Shown here: positions 58,292 to 64,000 of the stretch, one piece after another | Numbering within the stretch: the first letter of the stretch is position 1 | Layout of the letters: each line of letters begins with the position of its first letter | DNA from: an uncultured Candidatus Saccharibacteria bacterium | Lineage (GTDB): Bacteria > Patescibacteriota > Minisyncoccia > Spechtbacterales > HO2-43-30 | NCBI GenBank assembly: GCA_964504205.1 | Contig: CAZDDE010000001.1 | Span: forward strand, 58,473 to 122,472 | Direction: 5' to 3' | DNA length: 64,000 bases | Program-made: the position numbers and the translations under genes | Notes under the pieces: model-generated | Database searches by the model: none | Told to the model about the DNA's origin: nothing | Seen by the model: the letters and a program-made list of their open reading frames with translations, nothing else

Positions 58292-59845
58292 ATGGTCTCC
58301 AGCGACAAGGAAAACAATGTGAATATGTACGAATCTGACCCGGAAGGGAGCAGGTATGTGCATGTTGATTATGTTGCAAGTAAGGTCTCGTTTCTCTATG
58401 AAAAGATTCGTCAGGTTATTGATTATCATGAGGAACATTTGTTGCGCGAGAATGCGATAGAGCGCAGCATCCGGCGGCATCTTCTACTTACGCAAACTCC
58501 TGCGCCATTTGCACGTGATCTCATCGAAGAGATGATACGCGGCGGGTACTTTGCGAACGACACAATTTTAAACACGAGCATTGTAAAAGTTCAAAAAATT
58601 CTTGATAGATATACTGAAACATTACGGATTGCGGTCGCAAAGAAATTAAGGGACAAAAATCTTGCAAACTTTCTTTACGGCATCGCGTCTTGCGAAATCG
58701 AAGAGTTTCTTGATTATCCGTCTAAAGAACTTTTGCTTCTGGAGTTTGAATATGCGACTCTCAAAAATCATTTGCGCATCTTTGGCGCTGAAATTGGGGA
58801 AGATGACAAAGAAATGCTTCTTTTTATTGCTATCAACCAAACCCTTCTGCGTGCCGACCAAAGACGGATTTATTTTCGGCTGATGCAAAAAATGCATCCC
58901 GAATGGTTTGAAAAGGAAGCGTCTGAAGCCGCCGAATTTCTTCCGATTATTTCACGCGCAAAAATGCGTTTTGAATCTTTATTTCATAATTCTGCGCTGA
59001 AACGGATAAAAAACAGAGCAGGGCAGTTTGCGATAATTTTTCAAACACTCTCCGATATTTCCGGGGACGATCCCCAGCGCCTCGCCGGTTTTGCTGAAGA
59101 TCCGCAGGAATTATCAAAAGCTGTCGGAAAATCGTATACTCGCCGTTTTAACAATTTGAGGACAAAATTGAAGCGAGCTGGTTTCCGGTCAGTCCTCTCC
59201 ATATTTTTTGGGAAAATTCTTATTGCGCTCGCTATCGAGGTTCCAGCTGAATTGCTCTTTGCCGGACAAATTATTCCTTATGCGCTTATGCTAAGCATTA
59301 TTTTTCCGCCATCGATCATGCTTTTTGCCGTATTATCGATCCGCATGCCTTCGCGCGATAACTTGCAAAAATTAATCGGGCAGGTATCAAGTATTATGCA
59401 GGGCGCTTTTGAATATGAACCGATAGAAATCACGAACCGGAAGAGAAGTTCGTTTATTTCCTTTATACTCACCATTCTTTATATTTTGACGTTCGCAATT
59501 TCTTTTGGCGGTGTGATAGCTGGTTTAAACATGCTTCATTTCAACGTATTAAGCATTATTGTATTTTGGCTTTTCCTCTCACTCATTATTTTTTCCGCAA
59601 TGCGCATCAAGCAGTGGGCTAGGGAACTTAATGTTGGTCCGCAAAAAGAAGGATTTGGAGGATTCTTCCTTGACATTTTCACTATTCCAATTGTGGGTTT
59701 TGGAAAATTTTTATCCGGCGAGCTAAGCCGCTTTAACATCTTGGTTTTACTTTTCAATCTCTTTTTCGAAGCACCGTTTCAAAGCTTTGTACAGTTTATT
59801 GAGGAGTGGAGAAGATTTATCCGCGAAAAAAAGGAGGAGTTGTAA
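58292..59845 (+). CDS. conserved hypothetical protein (cytoplasmic N-domain, about 5-6 C-terminal TM helices)
   Basis: 517-aa ORF with YEKIR..IDY.EEHLLR..AI.R; resembles CPR-conserved unknowns. Confidence 0.75.
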   Translation: MVSSDKENNVNMYESDPEGSRYVHVDYVASKVSFLYEKIRQVIDYHEEHLLRENAIERSIRRHLLLTQTPAPFARDLIEEMIRGGYFANDTILNTSIVKVQKILDRYTETLRIAVAKKLRDKNLANFLYGIASCEIEEFLDYPSKELLLLEFEYATLKNHLRIFGAEIGEDDKEMLLFIAINQTLLRADQRRIYFRLMQKMHPEWFEKEASEAAEFLPIISRAKMRFESLFHNSALKRIKNRAGQFAIIFQTLSDISGDDPQRLAGFAEDPQELSKAVGKSYTRRFNNLRTKLKRAGFRSVLSIFFGKILIALAIEVPAELLFAGQIIPYALMLSIIFPPSIMLFAVLSIRMPSRDNLQKLIGQVSSIMQGAFEYEPIEITNRKRSSFISFILTILYILTFAISFGGVIAGLNMLHFNVLSIIVFWLFLSLIIFSAMRIKQWARELNVGPQKEGFGGFFLDIFTIPIVGFGKFLSGELSRFNILVLLFNLFFEAPFQSFVQFIEEWRRFIREKKEEL

Positions 59846-59948
59846 TACAAAGAAGCTTTGCGTGGCTATTCGTAAAAGCGAGATTTTGGAGATTGTACAC
59901 AGGATAGAGATATTTACTTGACTGGAGAAAATATATTATAATAAATGT

Positions 59949-60365
59949 ATGTTTGATACATTTGGCAATCGTTTTCAAAAATACGCCTCTCTTTTTTTGC
60001 GTTTGGGATTGGGAATAGTATTTTTTCTGTTTGGATTGAAGAAACTGATGGACCCCGAACAGAGCACGGCCGAGGTTCAACTGCTTTTGAGTTTTGAATT
60101 GGCCGATGCCGCGGCGCTAAGTTTTTATCTTGGTTTGGTTGAAATAATGGTGGCTCTATCTTTTCTAACCGGTCTTAAGGTGCGCGCGTTTGCCTTGATT
60201 GCGGCCGCTCTGACCATTTTGTTTTTCACCTCCTTTTTGGCAAAATATGGCCTTTCGATCAATCCGGATCTCTATCGAGATGTTGGTCTCTTCGGTGCTT
60301 CTATCGCTTTATTTCTCTTGGGCGCGGGGCCAATAAGTTTGGATAATAGATTCAGGCATGAATAA
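59949..60365 (+). CDS. DoxX-family membrane protein
   Basis: LRLGLG..F..FG..K, GLVE, RDVGL, GAGPISLD. Confidence 0.85.
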   Translation: MFDTFGNRFQKYASLFLRLGLGIVFFLFGLKKLMDPEQSTAEVQLLLSFELADAAALSFYLGLVEIMVALSFLTGLKVRAFALIAAALTILFFTSFLAKYGLSINPDLYRDVGLFGASIALFLLGAGPISLDNRFRHE

Positions 60366-60789
60366 ATATGTCAGCTTATTTCTTTTTGGATTTTTTCTAT
60401 TTGGGAGCGGCTATGTTTACGCGCACTTTTATCGTCCGGCGGAAATAGGCGGCGTTCCCTCTTCGGGAAATGTGGCGGAGATGGAAATGCGGGTGTCCAA
60501 GAATAAATGGCAGTGGGAACCAAACGTAATCAGGGTTCAGCCGGGCGACAAAGTAGTCTTGCATATTTTTAACGAGGATGATTTTGATCATGGTTTCGCG
60601 ATAGACGTGCTAGGTGTGAATCGCCGGCTTTTTCCGGAACGTACAACAACGGTTGAATTTAAGGCTTCTTTGAGGGGGAAGTTCGCTTTTTACTGTTCCG
60701 TGCCTTGCGGTGAGGGGCATTATGATCAGATTGGGACTATAATTATTGGGAATGAAACAGACGAACTGCACCCGATTTATACACAATGA
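60358..60789 (+). CDS. exported cupredoxin-domain protein (COX2/CuA-like motif)
   Basis: Signal or anchor helix; W.PNVIRV..GD.V, DHGF, FYCSVPCGEGH. Confidence 0.82.
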   Translation: MNKYVSLFLFGFFLFGSGYVYAHFYRPAEIGGVPSSGNVAEMEMRVSKNKWQWEPNVIRVQPGDKVVLHIFNEDDFDHGFAIDVLGVNRRLFPERTTTVEFKASLRGKFAFYCSVPCGEGHYDQIGTIIIGNETDELHPIYTQ

Positions 60790-63209
60790 AAGTCCAAAAA
60801 CTATACAGAATTGAGGGCATGCACTGCGCGTCGTGCGCCGTGCTGATCAATAAAGTCCTTGCGAAACAAAAAGGCGTTCAATCGGTCAACGCCAGTTTTG
60901 GCGCGGAAAAGTTAGTCATAGAATTTGATCATGAGCTTATCACCGAAGAGAAGATCAAGCAGCTTGTCAAAGCGCTTGGTTACACGCTTATTTTAGAGGA
61001 AGAAAAGACCGAAGAGGAGTTTAAGAAAGAACGCGATGCGCGCATGCGCGGTTTACGCAACCGCACGATCATAAGCTTTCTTTTGGCAAGCCCGATCATC
61101 GGCTATTATATGGCGGTGCACATGCTTAATTTGCAGCACGTGCACGCAATTACAGTTTCGGGAATTTTTATTGATTTAAACTGGATTTATCTTGTTATGA
61201 CCATTCCCATTCAATTTTGGGTGGGGTGGATATTTTATAAAAGCGCGTGGACGGCATTTAAAGTTGGTTCAACGTCCATGGATACACTTGTCGTCTTGGG
61301 CACCAGCGCCGCGTTTTTTTACAGCTTGTTCGGATTTCTGTTTTCAATAACTTATAATAACATGTGTCACGGAATCTTTAATATTCTTGCCTTTCGTTGC
61401 CAAAGCATTTGGTTTGGTATTGACCATCCATTCTGGGAATCATCGGCGGCGCTGATGTCATTTTTGATTTTAGGACGATACCTTGAAGGTATCTCGCGCG
61501 GCAAGGTTTCTGAAGCCGTCGGCAAACTTTTAGATCTTGCTCCGCAGGGCGCGATTATTGTTGATGAGAGCGGCCATGAAAAGGAAATTCTAGCCAAAGA
61601 TTTGAAAAAGGATGATATTTTTTTGGTCAAACCGGGATCAAAAGTTCCGACCGACGGGATTGTGCTTGACGGCGAAAGCTCGGTTGATGAAAAAATTGTT
61701 ACCGGCGAATCAATGCCGGTTGGCAAAAATCCCGGCGATGAAGTGATCGGCGCCACAATCAATACTTATGGATTATTAAAATGCCGGGCGACAAAAGTCG
61801 GCAAGGAGACATTGCTTTTCCAGATTGTACGGCTGGTGCGCGAGGCGCAGGCGACTCGCGCACCTATGCAAAGGGTCGCCGATTGGCTTTCCGAGCGATT
61901 TGTGCCGGCAGTTATTGCTTTAAGCTTAATTGCTTTTAATTATTGGTTTTTTATTCAGGGCAACGATTTTGCGCCTTCGCTTTTGTTTATGGTGGCGGTT
62001 TTGGTCATTTCCTGTCCTTGCGCTTTGGGTCTTGCGACACCGATTGCGACAATGGTTGGCACGACCAAAGGCGCCGAGTCGGGAATTCTGATTAAAGGCG
62101 GCGAAGCATTGGAAAAAGCGCATAAAATTACGGCGGTGGCGTTTGATAAAACCGGCACGATCACCAAAGGGGAACCGGCTGTTACCGATATTGTGCCATT
62201 CGGAGGCATCAGTAAAGAACAAATGCTTGAGATTGCGGCGATTGCCGAAAGAGGGTCGGAACACCCGTTGGCAAAGGCAGTCATAAAGAGGGCGAATGAC
62301 CTTGGATTTGATGTTCCTGAACCTAAAAATTTTAAGGCGATATCCGGCATGGGAGTTTACGCCGAGCATAACGATTTGAAGATTCTTGTCGGCAATAAAA
62401 TGTTTTTGGAAAAAGAGGGGATTGGCGTCAAAGAATACGCAAAAGAGGTTGATCGTTTAAGCATGGAGGCAAAAACAGTCGTTTTTGTCGCGTATGGGCA
62501 AAAAGTCATTGGCCTTCTTGCACTGGCGGATACTTTGAAAGAATACGCCAAAGAAGCAATCGCGGAGCTGAAGCGGCGCAAGAAAGAGATTATCATGATT
62601 ACCGGCGACAATGAGCATACCGCTCAAGCCATTGCGAAAAAACTTGGTATAGACAAGACCTACGCGAATGTTTTGCCGGAAAAGAAGGAAGAGCTCATAG
62701 AATCAATCAAAAAAGAAGGGAAAGTTGTCGCAATGGTCGGCGACGGCATCAATGATGCGCCAGCGCTTGCGAAGGCCGATTTAGGCCTTGCGGTCGGTTC
62801 AGGCACCGATGTGGCAATTGAGACTGGGGATATTATTTTAATTAAAGATGACCTGCGCGATGTTGTAACCGCAATCGATCTTTCCAGTAAAACTATCTTT
62901 AAGATTTGGCAAAACTTTTTTTGGGCATTTGTGTATAATGTTGTTGCGATTCCAGTTGCGGCGGGTCTGCATTTGGTGCTTACTGTGCGCCAGGGCGAGC
63001 TTGCCGCATGGGCTGTTTCTTTTGGAAATATCCTTGCGTCTATTCCCGCGGCCGGCGAAGTGATACAATCAATATGGGAGAATTTTGCGCAAAGCGGATT
63101 GCGTCCGGAAATCGCCGGTTTCGCGATGGCGTTCAGCTCAATATCAGTCGTGCTGAACTCGTTATTATTGCGATTATATAAAGAGCCCAAATTTGCGCGG
63201 GCAAAATAA
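60786..63209 (+). CDS. copA: Cu(+)-translocating P1B-type ATPase
   Basis: GMHCASC metal-binding domain, TGES, CPCALGLATP, DKTGT, SEHPL, GDGINDAP, YN, MAFSS. Confidence 0.93.
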   Translation: MKVQKLYRIEGMHCASCAVLINKVLAKQKGVQSVNASFGAEKLVIEFDHELITEEKIKQLVKALGYTLILEEEKTEEEFKKERDARMRGLRNRTIISFLLASPIIGYYMAVHMLNLQHVHAITVSGIFIDLNWIYLVMTIPIQFWVGWIFYKSAWTAFKVGSTSMDTLVVLGTSAAFFYSLFGFLFSITYNNMCHGIFNILAFRCQSIWFGIDHPFWESSAALMSFLILGRYLEGISRGKVSEAVGKLLDLAPQGAIIVDESGHEKEILAKDLKKDDIFLVKPGSKVPTDGIVLDGESSVDEKIVTGESMPVGKNPGDEVIGATINTYGLLKCRATKVGKETLLFQIVRLVREAQATRAPMQRVADWLSERFVPAVIALSLIAFNYWFFIQGNDFAPSLLFMVAVLVISCPCALGLATPIATMVGTTKGAESGILIKGGEALEKAHKITAVAFDKTGTITKGEPAVTDIVPFGGISKEQMLEIAAIAERGSEHPLAKAVIKRANDLGFDVPEPKNFKAISGMGVYAEHNDLKILVGNKMFLEKEGIGVKEYAKEVDRLSMEAKTVVFVAYGQKVIGLLALADTLKEYAKEAIAELKRRKKEIIMITGDNEHTAQAIAKKLGIDKTYANVLPEKKEELIESIKKEGKVVAMVGDGINDAPALAKADLGLAVGSGTDVAIETGDIILIKDDLRDVVTAIDLSSKTIFKIWQNFFWAFVYNVVAIPVAAGLHLVLTVRQGELAAWAVSFGNILASIPAAGEVIQSIWENFAQSGLRPEIAGFAMAFSSISVVLNSLLLRLYKEPKFARAK

Positions 63210-63218
63210 ATTAATGGT

Positions 63219-64000
63219 ATGGAAATAAACAAAATTTACAATGGCGATTTTTTTGAGCTAATAAAACAGATTGATGACAAGTCAATAGACTTGATCGTAT
63301 GCGATGGCCCTTATGGAGTGACTAATCAAGAGTGGGATAGGATAAACAATATTCAGGAATATAATTTGAATTTGATCAAATTATATTCAAGGGTGCTAAA
63401 GGATAATGGGGCTCTTTACTTATTCGGCAAACATGATTGCATTGATTTTATTGATTATCGTCCTTACCTGCAGTTAAATTCTAAAATTGTTTGGTATCAA
63501 CCTAGCAGGTTAGCTCAAGGCAGAATAAGTTATACAAACAATTACGATATTATTGCCTACTTCAGTAAGAGCAAAGTCAAAACCTTTAATCTTGACGATA
63601 TACGAGTCCCGCAATTAGTAGAGTTGGAGCACAGGTTAAGGGTTGAAAAAGTGCCCTCTGTTACTAACGGCAAATTTCACAAAACAAAATTCAATGGGGA
63701 TGGGAAAAATCCGGGTGATGTTTGGGGGGATATAAAACAGCTCACTTATAAATCAAGGGAGTTGATAAATAGAGAATTATTAAATACAATACAAAAACCT
63801 ATTAAATTGATCGATAGAATAGTTAAGGCAAGCTCAAAAGAGGGTAATTTGGTTTTAGATCCATTTGCTGGAGTCGGGACCACATTTGTCGTTTGCAAAG
63901 AGCTTAAAAGAAATTTTATAGGTTTTGAAATCAATCCAGATTATGTTGAGATTTGTAACGAACGAATAAAAGAAGTTGAATTGAAGCAAAGTAGTAAACT
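63219..64000 (+). CDS. N4/N6 site-specific DNA methyltransferase, beta class (3'-truncated by the window edge; not in ORF track)
   Basis: Manual translation MEINKIYNGD..SIDLIVCDGPYG..GKNPGDVW..QKP..LVLDPFAGVGTT..RNFIGFEI; visibly AT-rich. Confidence 0.88.
   Translation, partial: MEINKIYNGDFFELIKQIDDKSIDLIVCDGPYGVTNQEWDRINNIQEYNLNLIKLYSRVLKDNGALYLFGKHDCIDFIDYRPYLQLNSKIVWYQPSRLAQGRISYTNNYDIIAYFSKSKVKTFNLDDIRVPQLVELEHRLRVEKVPSVTNGKFHKTKFNGDGKNPGDVWGDIKQLTYKSRELINRELLNTIQKPIKLIDRIVKASSKEGNLVLDPFAGVGTTFVVCKELKRNFIGFEINPDYVEICNERIKEVELKQSSK

Overview
A 64-kb bacterial chromosomal window. It uses the standard genetic code (TGA serves as stop), and its gene content and protein truncations point to a Patescibacteria/CPR (Parcubacteria-like) genome; that assignment is an inference. 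Core blocks are the alpha/S13 ribosomal cluster (infA-rpmJ-rpsM-rpsK-rpsD-rpoA-rplQ-rplM-rpsI, with an RpoA lacking the alpha-CTD), cell-wall and shape genes (murA, two mreB, mrdA), translation genes (frr, proS, lysS, cysS, typA, arfB-like), hrcA-grpE-dnaK-dnaJ, groES-groEL, dnaX, purA, two P-type ATPases and tRNA-Lys and tRNA-Gln. Accessory material includes two IS elements, a MITE-like repeat, a RelE-type toxin-antitoxin pair, a small island after tRNA-Lys, an NAD-salvage cluster (pncA, pncB, a stand-alone HPPD-like domain, nrtR, NAD kinase), a very divergent fused-E1/E2/LipB 2-oxoacid dehydrogenase locus and a DNA methyltransferase cut by the window edge. The main leads are: (1) a consensus promoter at 14076-14104 driving a long, ORF-free, heavily structured + strand region with boxA-like motifs, a candidate undescribed large ncRNA; (2) a non-canonical CIRCE, TTATCAGTC-N9-GWTTGATAA, at both the hrcA and groES promoters; (3) a Mutator/IS256-like element inserted in a hairpin loop whose 5-bp target duplication supplies the transposase stop codon; (4) apparently leaderless core genes alongside strongly Shine-Dalgarno-led accessory genes. 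All calls come from reading the sequence; no database searches were run.
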